64,000 bases of DNA from Clostridiales bacterium. GTDB taxonomy: Bacteria; Bacillota; Clostridia; Lachnospirales; Lachnospiraceae. The notes under the pieces were generated by a model. It was not told the origin of the DNA. It was given only the letters and a program-made list of their open reading frames with translations, and made no database searches. The stretch is taken from assembly GCA_012735495.1 (NCBI GenBank), contig JAAYHD010000007.1, forward strand, positions 6,247 to 70,246. Reading direction: 5' to 3'. The position numbers and the translations under genes were made by a program. This document shows, in pieces, positions 56,262-64,000 of the stretch. The stretch's first letter is position 1. Each line of letters begins with the position of its first letter.

Positions 56262-56539
56262 TCTAAAACGAAATAGAAGTCAAAAACTATGAAGGTGGTT
56301 AAGTAGGGTATTTCTTCCTCACAGAGAGGATGTGTCACCGGCTGAAAGCATATCCGAGGTTCAGACTTATTCCGAATTTCGACACCGGAGTTGCCTTTAA
56401 GATATCGGCGGAAACCGATAAAAGAAAGGCCGGTCCATGTACCGTTATCACATAAGAGGAGTCTTTGCCAAACCGGTAAAGGCTTGAAATTGGGTGGTAC
56501 CACGAATGCTTTCGTCCCTTGCGGATGAAAGCTTTTTTT
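56262..56539 (+). promoter_or_regulatory. T-box riboswitch leader (Phe-specific by context)
   Basis: Stem I carries an AGAGAG element at 56323-56328. Two UUC triplets lie in the likely specifier region, 56370-56380. The conserved T-box sequence AAATTGGGTGGTACCACG is at 56488-56505. The terminator GCTTTCGTCC-CTTGC-GGATGAAAGC plus T7 is at 56508-56539. Confidence 0.85.
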
Positions 56540-56579
56540 GATGAATGGAGTTTTATTAAATATTATAGGAGGTTTATCA

Positions 56580-57620
56580 ATGACGGAGAATCTTGATAAC
56601 ATTAAGAAACAGTTTTATGAGGAGCTGAACTCGGTAAACTCTTATGCCGAGCTTGAAAGAGTAAGGGTTGCTTACCTGGGCAAGAAGGGGCTTGTTACGG
56701 AGCAGCTTAAAAACCTTCGCTATCTCACACCGGAAGAGAAGAAGACGGCGGGTATGATGGTCAACAGCCTGAAGGATGAAATTGAACAGGCCATAATAAG
56801 CTACCAGGGTACTTTGAAGGAGAAGGAGTACCGGAAGGAGATCGAAGGCGCTGAGCGTTATGATTTTACGATCCCGACCAACAGGGAGTTGGGAACGCTT
56901 CATCCTATAACCATTGTCCAGAGAAGAATCGAAGAAATATTCATGACCATGGGATTTATCATAGAAGACGGCCTTGAGATACAGACTGAATACAATAACT
57001 TCGAAGCGGTCAACACTCCGAAGGATCATCCTGCCAGGGACATGCAGGATACTTATTACCTGGAAAACGGACAGCTTCTTAAGACCCATACCTCGGCAGC
57101 CCAGAACACTATTATGAGAAAGTACGGCGCTCCGAAGAAGGGAGAGCATCTTAAAGTGCTGTTCCCCGGAAGATGCTTCAGAAACGAGAATGTCGACGCA
57201 AGCCACGAAAACACGTTCTTCCAGCTGGAGGGTATGATGATCGGCGACGACATTTCCATAGCAAATCTCATATACTTCATGAAGGTGCTGCTTACTGAGG
57301 TGTTCGAAAGGGATGTCAAGATAAGGCTAAGGCCGGGTTTCTTCCCGTTTGTGGAGCCGGGCTTTGAGCTTGATATTAATTGCGCCATCTGCGGCGGAAA
57401 AGGATGCCCGACATGCAAGAATTCCGGATGGCTTGAGCTTCTGCCCTGCGGCATGATTCATCCGAACGTGCTCAGGATGGGCGGAATTGATCCGGAGAAG
57501 TACACGGGATTTGCATTCGGGCTCGGACTTACAAGGCTTGCCATGATGAAATACAATATCAAGGATATTCGTCTGTTCAACAGCGGTAATTTGAAGCAGC
57601 TTAAACAGTTTACCAGATAA
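56580..57620 (+). CDS. pheS: phenylalanine--tRNA ligase alpha subunit
   Basis: AGGAGG RBS. Class II motifs include FPGRCFRNE and GFAFGLGLTRLAM. Length and context fit PheS. Confidence 0.95.
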   Translation: MTENLDNIKKQFYEELNSVNSYAELERVRVAYLGKKGLVTEQLKNLRYLTPEEKKTAGMMVNSLKDEIEQAIISYQGTLKEKEYRKEIEGAERYDFTIPTNRELGTLHPITIVQRRIEEIFMTMGFIIEDGLEIQTEYNNFEAVNTPKDHPARDMQDTYYLENGQLLKTHTSAAQNTIMRKYGAPKKGEHLKVLFPGRCFRNENVDASHENTFFQLEGMMIGDDISIANLIYFMKVLLTEVFERDVKIRLRPGFFPFVEPGFELDINCAICGGKGCPTCKNSGWLELLPCGMIHPNVLRMGGIDPEKYTGFAFGLGLTRLAMMKYNIKDIRLFNSGNLKQLKQFTR

Positions 57621-57645
57621 CAAGCAAGGAGAATGGAGGATTAAT

Positions 57646-60027
57646 ATGTTAATATCAATGAATTGGATTTCGGAATTTACCGATTTGAACGGAGTGGATA
57701 TAAAGGAGCTCATTAACCGTTTTACCCTGTCTACCGCCGAGGTTGAGGACGTATACGAGATGGGCAAAAACATCAAGGACGTGGTTGTGGGCAAAATCAT
57801 TGAGATAAGCGATCATCCCAATTCAAAGAAGCTTCATCTTGTCAAGGTGGATATTGGCACGGAAGTGGTGGAGGCGGTATGCGGCGCGCCAAATATCTTT
57901 GTCGGTGCCCTTGTGCCCTTTGCCAAGCTGGGAGGCCGCGTCGGCGACCTGGAGATAAAGGAAGCTTCCATTGCAGGCGTGGTCAGCCGTGGCATGTGCT
58001 GTTCCGAAAAGGAGCTTGGCATAAGCGACGACCATTCCGGCGTCATGATACTGGAGGAGGATTATCCTCTTGGCACGGATATCAAGGAGTTCATGCAGCT
58101 TGATGATATAGTGTTTGAGGTTGACAACAAATCCCTTACCAACCGACCCGATCTGTGGGGGCATTATGGCATAGCCAGAGAAATCGCCGTGCTTATAAAA
58201 AGGCCGTTAAAACCCCTGGAGCGGGTGGATTCAAGTGTTTACAAGCATTTACCGCCCATTGACCTTAAGGTTGAGGATATGGATAAAACGTACCGCTTCA
58301 GCTGCATAACCATGGAGAATATAAGCAAGAACCGGTCACCCGTGAATATGAGGATCCGCCTGACATACTGCGGCATGCGCCCGATAAACCTGCTTGCCGA
58401 CCTTACCAACTACCTGATGCTGGAGATGGGCCAGCCGATGCATGCTTATGACAACAGAAAGGTTAAGGACATCAGGGTCAGGACATTCTCCGAACCCTTT
58501 GAATTCCTTACCCTGGACGGCACATACAGAAAGATCGATACCAACACCCTGATGATTTGTGACACGAAGGAGCCCATAGGCATTGCGGGAATCATGGGCG
58601 GAGAGCTATCGTCGATTGCGGACGACACCAACTCGGTACTGTTGGAGAGCGCTAATTTCGATGCCACAAGCATCCGCAAATCCTCTGTAAGACTGGGGCT
58701 TAGAACCGATGCCAGTGCCAGGTATGAAAAGACCCTTGATCCTGAGATGACGGTGCCTGCCATCGAGCGCTTCATGAAGCTACTTATGGATGTCGATCCG
58801 GGTGTCAGGGTTACATCATGCCTTACGGACTCCTATGTAAAACGCTACAAGGACATTGTGGTCGACTTTGACAAGGCATATGTGGATAAATACACGGGTA
58901 TAGACATTTCCTCGGACATGATTGAAGAGACCCTGACAGCCCTGGGATTTAAGGTTAACAGAAAGGGTGATTCCTTCAGCGTCGGAGTTCCTTCATGGCG
59001 CGCAACCAAGGACGTCACCATTAAGGCCGACATCGTCGAGGAAATCACACGCATTTACGGTTATGACAACTTCAACGCCTATTCCACAAGGAGCCTGCTT
59101 ACACCCGTTCGTCAAAGCGCGGAAAGGGAAAACGAATACAAGATCAAGACCATGCTGTCATACAAGTTCGACATGAACGAGGTCCACAGCTACATTTGGT
59201 ATGAGTCCAAGCTGAACAAGGAACTGGGTATCAGGACCGAGCCCAATGTCCGCATCATAAACTCCGTTACGGCCGAGAACGATACCATCCGTTCCACAAT
59301 GATTCCAAGCCTGCTCGGAATTGTATATAAGAATGTGGATTCATATCCCGAGATTGGTATTTACGAAATAGGCCGTGTTGTTGACGGGCTGAATGAGGAC
59401 GGCATGTGCAATGAAAGAAAACGCCTTGGCATCGTGCTTGCCAGCAAGAGGCTTACCGAGAAGGAGGTATTCTTCAAGCTCAAGGAAGTAATCGAGCATA
59501 TGACATTAAGCATAAAGAACGTAACCGCCAGGTTTACCGAGAACAGCAAATATAAAAAATATAATTACGTTCATCCGGTCAACTCGGCGGAGATATACCT
59601 GAAGGACCGGGAAATCGGGTACCTTTCGGTCCTTAATCCGATTATCAGGGACAATATAGACAAGAAGCTGAATGTTGTATTTGCCGAGATAGACCTTTAC
59701 GACATGGAGAAGATAAAGCCCGAGAACCTGGAATACAAAGAGGTTTCCAAGTATCCCGGCGTCACCGTGGACTTAAGCCTGCTTGTCGACAAGGATGTCC
59801 GCTACGAGACGCTTCGCGGCTATATCGACATTTATCCCTGCAAGTACCTCAGCAAATACTACCTTATCGATATATTCGAAGACGAGAATTTGCTTCCGGG
59901 CAAGAAGAGCGTAACCATCCGCTTCGAATTCGTATCCATGGAGCGCACTCTCGAAAGCAATGAGGTTCAAAGCATGGTGGACGGCCTGCTCGCGGAGCTG
60001 AAGAGCAGGAACATCGAATTAAGATAA
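57646..60027 (+). CDS. pheT: phenylalanine--tRNA ligase beta subunit
   Basis: 793 aa. The N-terminal tRNA-binding (OB) domain has ...HPNSKKLHLVKVDIG...VCGAPN. B3/4, B5 and FDX-ACB regions follow. Confidence 0.95.
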   Translation: MLISMNWISEFTDLNGVDIKELINRFTLSTAEVEDVYEMGKNIKDVVVGKIIEISDHPNSKKLHLVKVDIGTEVVEAVCGAPNIFVGALVPFAKLGGRVGDLEIKEASIAGVVSRGMCCSEKELGISDDHSGVMILEEDYPLGTDIKEFMQLDDIVFEVDNKSLTNRPDLWGHYGIAREIAVLIKRPLKPLERVDSSVYKHLPPIDLKVEDMDKTYRFSCITMENISKNRSPVNMRIRLTYCGMRPINLLADLTNYLMLEMGQPMHAYDNRKVKDIRVRTFSEPFEFLTLDGTYRKIDTNTLMICDTKEPIGIAGIMGGELSSIADDTNSVLLESANFDATSIRKSSVRLGLRTDASARYEKTLDPEMTVPAIERFMKLLMDVDPGVRVTSCLTDSYVKRYKDIVVDFDKAYVDKYTGIDISSDMIEETLTALGFKVNRKGDSFSVGVPSWRATKDVTIKADIVEEITRIYGYDNFNAYSTRSLLTPVRQSAERENEYKIKTMLSYKFDMNEVHSYIWYESKLNKELGIRTEPNVRIINSVTAENDTIRSTMIPSLLGIVYKNVDSYPEIGIYEIGRVVDGLNEDGMCNERKRLGIVLASKRLTEKEVFFKLKEVIEHMTLSIKNVTARFTENSKYKKYNYVHPVNSAEIYLKDREIGYLSVLNPIIRDNIDKKLNVVFAEIDLYDMEKIKPENLEYKEVSKYPGVTVDLSLLVDKDVRYETLRGYIDIYPCKYLSKYYLIDIFEDENLLPGKKSVTIRFEFVSMERTLESNEVQSMVDGLLAELKSRNIELR

Positions 60028-60028
60028 C

Positions 60029-60056
60029 ATTAAGCACCGCTTCGGCGGTGCTTAAT
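60029..60056 (+). terminator. hairpin immediately after pheT
   Basis: ATTAAGCACCGC-TTCG-GCGGTGCTTAAT forms a 12-bp perfect stem with a TTCG tetraloop. The T-run is weak. Confidence 0.55.
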
Positions 60057-60162
60057 TAATAGTGCCTGGCACCGGTACCTTGCACCGATACAAAAATGTT
60101 ATGGTGAAAGGCAATAATATGTGATAATATTAAGTAAACAATTTAATGAAAGAAGGGATGGT

Positions 60163-60597
60163 ATGCTGAAGGAGTTTAAGAAGTTCGCACTAAGGGGCAA
60201 CATGATTGACCTGGCGGTTGGTATAATCATCGGCGGAGCGTTCAACTCGATTGTCAATTCATTGGTGAATGACATAATCATGCCGCTGCTTGGATTATTG
60301 ACAAAAAAGATAGATTTCAGCAACCTGTTCATACCGCTGGACGGGAAACGCTATGATACACTGCAGGCAGCGGAAGCGGCCGAGGCGGCCGTAATCAAGT
60401 ACGGGCTGTTCCTGTCCAATGTTCTGAACTTTGTTATTATGGCATTTGTGGTATTCCTGCTGGTCAGGTGGATCAACAAGCTCCAAAAACCGGCACCGGC
60501 CGCACCTCCCGCAACAAAAAAATGTCCTTACTGCTATTCGGATATTAACAAGGAAGCTACCAAATGCCCTCACTGCACGGCTGATATAGATAAATAA
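60163..60597 (+). CDS. mscL: large-conductance mechanosensitive channel with a C-terminal CxxC...CxxC tail
   Basis: [41 protein letters not shown] is the MscL signature. The tail is ...[26 protein letters not shown]. Confidence 0.85.
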   Translation: MLKEFKKFALRGNMIDLAVGIIIGGAFNSIVNSLVNDIIMPLLGLLTKKIDFSNLFIPLDGKRYDTLQAAEAAEAAVIKYGLFLSNVLNFVIMAFVVFLLVRWINKLQKPAPAAPPATKKCPYCYSDINKEATKCPHCTADIDK

Positions 60598-60619
60598 GAA
60601 GATAAGAAAGGATTATAAG

Positions 60620-61645
60620 ATGAAGAAATTTGACGGTTTCATGGCGGGAGTAAACCTTGGGGGATGGATATCACAATACGGCAAGGCTGGAAAGGAACGC
60701 TTCGATACCTTCATTACAGAAACAGATATCAGGCAGATTGCAGGCTGGGGAATGGATCATGTAAGGCTCCCCATCGATTACATGGTGCTTGAAGATGATG
60801 ACAGGCCATTTGAGTACAAGGAAGAAGGCTTTTATTATGTGGACAGCTGCATCAGGTGGTGCGAAAAACATAACCTGAATATCATACTGGACCTTCACAG
60901 AGCGCCGGGGTATGCATTTTACTTTTTAAATGAGAATACATTGTTCACGGATGAGCACATGCAGAAAAGGTATATCGGGCTGTGGCGATGCATGGCCGAA
61001 AGGTATAAGGGCTATGGAAACAACCTGGTCTTTGAGCTGTTAAACGAGCTGGTCGAACCAAACAGCAGCAGATGGAACAATCTCAGCAAAAGGACGGTTG
61101 AAGAAATACGCAAGATTGACAGGAACCGCAAAATAATAATCGGCGGCAACCTCTACAACAGCGTCAACACCCTGCATGAGCTTGACCGGATCGATGACGA
61201 CAACCTGGTTTACACATTCCATTTTTATGAGCCGCATATATTTACCCATCAAAAGGCCGGTTGGGAGCCGCTGCTTAAGGATTTGGAAGTCGACGTAACA
61301 TATCCTTCGACGGAGGAAACGTATGAGGTTTATTATCCTGAAAGATTAAGGCAGCGGTATTTATTCGGCAAGGTGGTCGACAAGGAATACCTCAGGAGAT
61401 ATATGCAGCCCGCCCTTGATTTTGCAAGGGAGAGGAATGTGCCTCTTTACTGCGGAGAATACGGTGTAATAGACCGGGCTCCCATGGACAGCAGGTTAAA
61501 TTGGCATAGGGATTTGAGCGATCTGCTTATAGAATATGGGATAGGCAGGGCGGTGTGGACTTATAAGCTTATGAGCTTCCCGCTGGTGGATATTAATTCG
61601 GCCGTAATAAGCGACGAACTGGTTAAGATTGTAAGCAGAAAGTAA
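60620..61645 (+). CDS. glycoside hydrolase family 5 protein with no signal peptide
   Basis: VNLGGW and HVRLPI are present. The acid/base is in FELLNEL and the nucleophile in LYCGEYGV. The N-terminus MKKFDGFMAG has no hydrophobic leader. Confidence 0.8.
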   Translation: MKKFDGFMAGVNLGGWISQYGKAGKERFDTFITETDIRQIAGWGMDHVRLPIDYMVLEDDDRPFEYKEEGFYYVDSCIRWCEKHNLNIILDLHRAPGYAFYFLNENTLFTDEHMQKRYIGLWRCMAERYKGYGNNLVFELLNELVEPNSSRWNNLSKRTVEEIRKIDRNRKIIIGGNLYNSVNTLHELDRIDDDNLVYTFHFYEPHIFTHQKAGWEPLLKDLEVDVTYPSTEETYEVYYPERLRQRYLFGKVVDKEYLRRYMQPALDFARERNVPLYCGEYGVIDRAPMDSRLNWHRDLSDLLIEYGIGRAVWTYKLMSFPLVDINSAVISDELVKIVSRK

Positions 61646-61680
61646 TAGAATAAAACATACCGTTGAAATGGAGATGTAAA

Positions 61681-62205
61681 ATGCTGAAAAGGTTTTATCC
61701 GGCACGAATGGCGGAATCACCGTATGTCATTGATTATGACGGCTTGTATAACGAAGGATACAGGGGTATCATATTTGACATAGACAATACCCTGGTTGAA
61801 CACGGGGCCGATGCTTCCGAAAGGGCTATTAAGCTCATATCAATGCTGAGGGATAAAGGGTTCGAAATATGCCTGATTTCAAACAACAGCAAGGAGCGGG
61901 TCGAAAGGTTCAACAAAGACATAAACGTTGATTTCATTTACAACGCCAATAAGCCATCCTCAAAAAGCCTGATAAAGGCGGCAGGGCTCATGGGAACCGA
62001 TATAAAAAATACGGTATTCATAGGCGATCAGATCTTTACCGATGTATACGGCGCCAACAGGGTGGGTATGCTGTCCTGCCTTGTAAAACCCATCGGGCAT
62101 GATTATCAGATACAGATTCTCATAAAGCGGGCGCTTGAAAAAATAGTGCTGTGGCATTACGGAAGATACTTAAAACGAACCAAAAAAGGAACTGCCAAGG
62201 GGTAA
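61681..62205 (+). CDS. yqeG: YqeG-family HAD-IIIA phosphatase
   Basis: IIFDIDNTLV, LISNNS and FIGDQIFTDV. The context upstream of aroK/aroQ fits. Confidence 0.8.
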   Translation: MLKRFYPARMAESPYVIDYDGLYNEGYRGIIFDIDNTLVEHGADASERAIKLISMLRDKGFEICLISNNSKERVERFNKDINVDFIYNANKPSSKSLIKAAGLMGTDIKNTVFIGDQIFTDVYGANRVGMLSCLVKPIGHDYQIQILIKRALEKIVLWHYGRYLKRTKKGTAKG

Positions 62206-62208
62206 CTG

Positions 62209-62724
62209 ATGAGTGCGGATAACATAATCTTAATTGGGTTCATGGGGTCGGGTAAAAGCGCGGTCGGAAGAAAACTGGCCAGGGATATGAATTACCGCTT
62301 TGCGGACACCGACCAAATAATAGAAGAAACTGAAGGAATGAAAATCAAGGATATATTTGAAAAGCACGGAGAAGAGCATTTTCGAGACCTGGAGACAGAG
62401 CTTCTTAAATCCCTGCTCGAAAAAACTCGCAGAACGGTTCTTTCCACCGGCGGCGGCATGCCTGTAAGGGAAGAAAATGCCGGGCTTTTGCGTTCCATGG
62501 GAAAGGTTTTTTATCTGAAAACATCCAAGGAAACGATTATAGGCAGGCTGCATGGTGATGAATCAAGGCCGCTGCTTAAGGGCAACCTGGATGAGAAGGC
62601 GGAGAGGCTGCTTAAGTCAAGGGAGCCCATATATGAACGGGCAGCCGACATAACAATCAATACCGACGGAAAAACCATTGACGAAATTATTAATGAAATA
62701 AAGATGCACATTCGCAGAGATTAG
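62209..62724 (+). CDS. aroK: shikimate kinase
   Basis: The P-loop is LIGFMGSGKSAVGR. Other motifs are DTD, EHFRDLE and STGGG. Confidence 0.9.
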   Translation: MSADNIILIGFMGSGKSAVGRKLARDMNYRFADTDQIIEETEGMKIKDIFEKHGEEHFRDLETELLKSLLEKTRRTVLSTGGGMPVREENAGLLRSMGKVFYLKTSKETIIGRLHGDESRPLLKGNLDEKAERLLKSREPIYERAADITINTDGKTIDEIINEIKMHIRRD

Positions 62725-62781
62725 AGCTTACGGATGATGAATAACTTTACAACAGCTAAAAAGAACCTACGGAGGGTCATT

Positions 62782-63222
62782 ATGAAAATTCTTGTAATCA
62801 ACGGTCCAAACCTCAATTTCCTGGGTATAAGGGAGAAAAACATATACGGAAGCAGGGATTATGCCGCGCTGGTTGAAATGATAGAGCAAAAGGCAAAGGA
62901 GATGGGCATAGAAGCCGAAACCTTCCAGAGCAACAGTGAAGGGGCAATCATTGACAGGATTCAAAGGGCCTATTTTGAAGACATTGACGGAATTATCATA
63001 AACCCTGCCGCATATACCCATTACAGCTATGCCATAAGGGATGCCCTGGCGATTCACAGCATACCGAAGATTGAGGTTCATATATCGAATATTCATGAGA
63101 GGGAAGAATTCAGGAGAATTTCCGTGACCGCTCCGGTGTGCAACAAGCAGATTATGGGGCACGGACTGGAAGGGTACCTGATGGCGATGGAAGAGATGGT
63201 AAAGCTTTGCACAGGCAAGTAA
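62782..63222 (+). CDS. aroQ: type II 3-dehydroquinate dehydratase
   Basis: MKILVINGPNLNFLGIREKNIYG, INPAAYTHYS, and EVHISNIHEREEFR. Confidence 0.9.
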   Translation: MKILVINGPNLNFLGIREKNIYGSRDYAALVEMIEQKAKEMGIEAETFQSNSEGAIIDRIQRAYFEDIDGIIINPAAYTHYSYAIRDALAIHSIPKIEVHISNIHEREEFRRISVTAPVCNKQIMGHGLEGYLMAMEEMVKLCTGK

Positions 63223-63266
63223 CGCGGGGCATAATAATAAATCATATAAGAATAGGAAGGATATCT

Positions 63267-64000
63267 ATGAACAACTATAAGAGAGTACAGGAGATTAACA
63301 AAAAGCTTGGACTGGATGCCGTGCTTGTATCGAATGGCTGCAATATGCGCTATATAAGCGGTTTTACCGGCGAAACAGGATATCTTTTTATATCCGACAG
63401 GCATCATATGGTTATAACCGACTTCCGCTATACCTACCAGGCGGAGATGGAAGCGGAAGGTTACGAGATTGTAACCATAGGCAGCGGCGGCTACGAGGAA
63501 GCCATAAATGAAATCCTTAAGAATGATAATGTAAAACGCCTTGGATTTGAAGCAAAGGACATGCTTTATTCAAAGTACCGGGAACTTAAGGACAAGTTGA
63601 ATGTGGACGAGCTGGTTCCTGTTAACGATGAGATAACAAGATTGCGCAGAATAAAGACTTCGAGGGAGATTGAATATATAAGACAGGCCGAAAGCATTGG
63701 TGACAAGGTGTTTGCGGAGATTTTGGATTTTATCAGGCCCGGAATGACGGAGCTTGAGATTGCCGCAAGAATCGAGTACCTGCTTAAGGTTTACGGCGCC
63801 CAGAGAACCAGTTTCCCTGCCATTGTGGCGTCCGGGGTAAATTCATCCATGCCCCATGCCGTACCCACCGAAAAGAAAATCGAATATGGGGATTTTCTTA
63901 CCATGGATTTCGGCTGCGTGTATAACGGCTACTGTTCGGATATGACAAGAACCATAGTAATAGGAAAAGCATCGGACAGGCAGAAGGAAATATACAACCT
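63267..64000 (+). CDS. pepP: Xaa-Pro aminopeptidase/dipeptidase (M24B), N-terminal part; the gene runs off the right edge
   Basis: This is not in the ORF track because no stop is reached. I read the frame from the ATG at 63267 to nt 64000 and found it open. The translation ...SFPAIVASGVNSSMPHAVPTEKKIEYGDFLTMDFGCVYNGYCSDMTRT... is the M24B core. Confidence 0.85.
   Translation, partial: MNNYKRVQEINKKLGLDAVLVSNGCNMRYISGFTGETGYLFISDRHHMVITDFRYTYQAEMEAEGYEIVTIGSGGYEEAINEILKNDNVKRLGFEAKDMLYSKYRELKDKLNVDELVPVNDEITRLRRIKTSREIEYIRQAESIGDKVFAEILDFIRPGMTELEIAARIEYLLKVYGAQRTSFPAIVASGVNSSMPHAVPTEKKIEYGDFLTMDFGCVYNGYCSDMTRTIVIGKASDRQKEIYN

Noticed and set aside
55302-57800. Minus-strand ORFs of 279, 209, 132 and 157 aa opposite queA, the T-box leader and pheS.
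   Set aside because: They are antisense shadows of strongly supported genes. One even spans the T-box leader. None has an RBS or any motif.
1-64000. A search of the whole window for CRISPR arrays, rRNA, additional tRNAs, IS elements, group II introns, and retron- or DGR-like reverse transcriptases.
   Set aside because: I saw no spaced direct-repeat arrays. I also saw no transposase, integrase or RT motifs in any frame of the ORF track. The only TTCGAA-type T-loop in a cloverleaf context is the tRNA-Arg at 25635-25707.

Overview
This 64-kb chromosomal segment reads like a strictly anaerobic Firmicutes/Clostridia genome. Supporting signs are PFOR, NfnAB, NifS/NifU with an Rrf2 regulator, a SpoVB-like flippase, RqcH, a T-box leader on pheST, strong AGGAGG-type ribosome-binding sites, and codon usage rich in AGG and ATA. 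I call about 58 protein genes, mostly on the + strand. I also call one tRNA-Arg(CCG), one Phe T-box leader, one frameshifted flavin-reductase-like pseudogene, and several promoters and rho-independent terminators. I saw no rRNA, CRISPR array, transposase, integrase or phage gene.

Most of the window is housekeeping:
- glycine cleavage tail, lipoate ligase and E3 (gcvPB-lplA-lpd)
- nfnAB and PFOR
- a partial fucose module (fucI, an FGGY kinase, fucU)
- rluF and ligA, then metA
- iscR-nifS-nifU-mnmA
- argS
- pyrimidine genes split into pyrC-pyrF and pyrK-pyrD-pyrE
- queA, pheST, mscL
- yqeG-aroK-aroQ-pepP

The parts worth a second look are:
1. An isolated two-gene operon at 42.1-43.3 kb. It encodes a CheX-type phosphatase with three tandem MshEN/T2SSE_N-like 24-residue motifs at its N-terminus, followed by a stand-alone CheY. 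This is my best candidate for an uncharacterised signalling module.
2. A radical-SAM / DUF4130-type putative DNA modification-repair pair at 3.0-5.5 kb. The radical-SAM protein carries a Gly/Asp/His-rich degenerate-repeat insertion of roughly 100 aa.
3. A run of exported proteins at 20.2-26.7 kb: several lipoproteins, including a serpin and a DUF3160-like protein. It is interrupted by the tRNA.
4. An AT-rich non-coding stretch plus the frameshifted gene at 36.6-37.7 kb.

All family assignments come from reading the translated sequence and recalling motifs. No database search was run.
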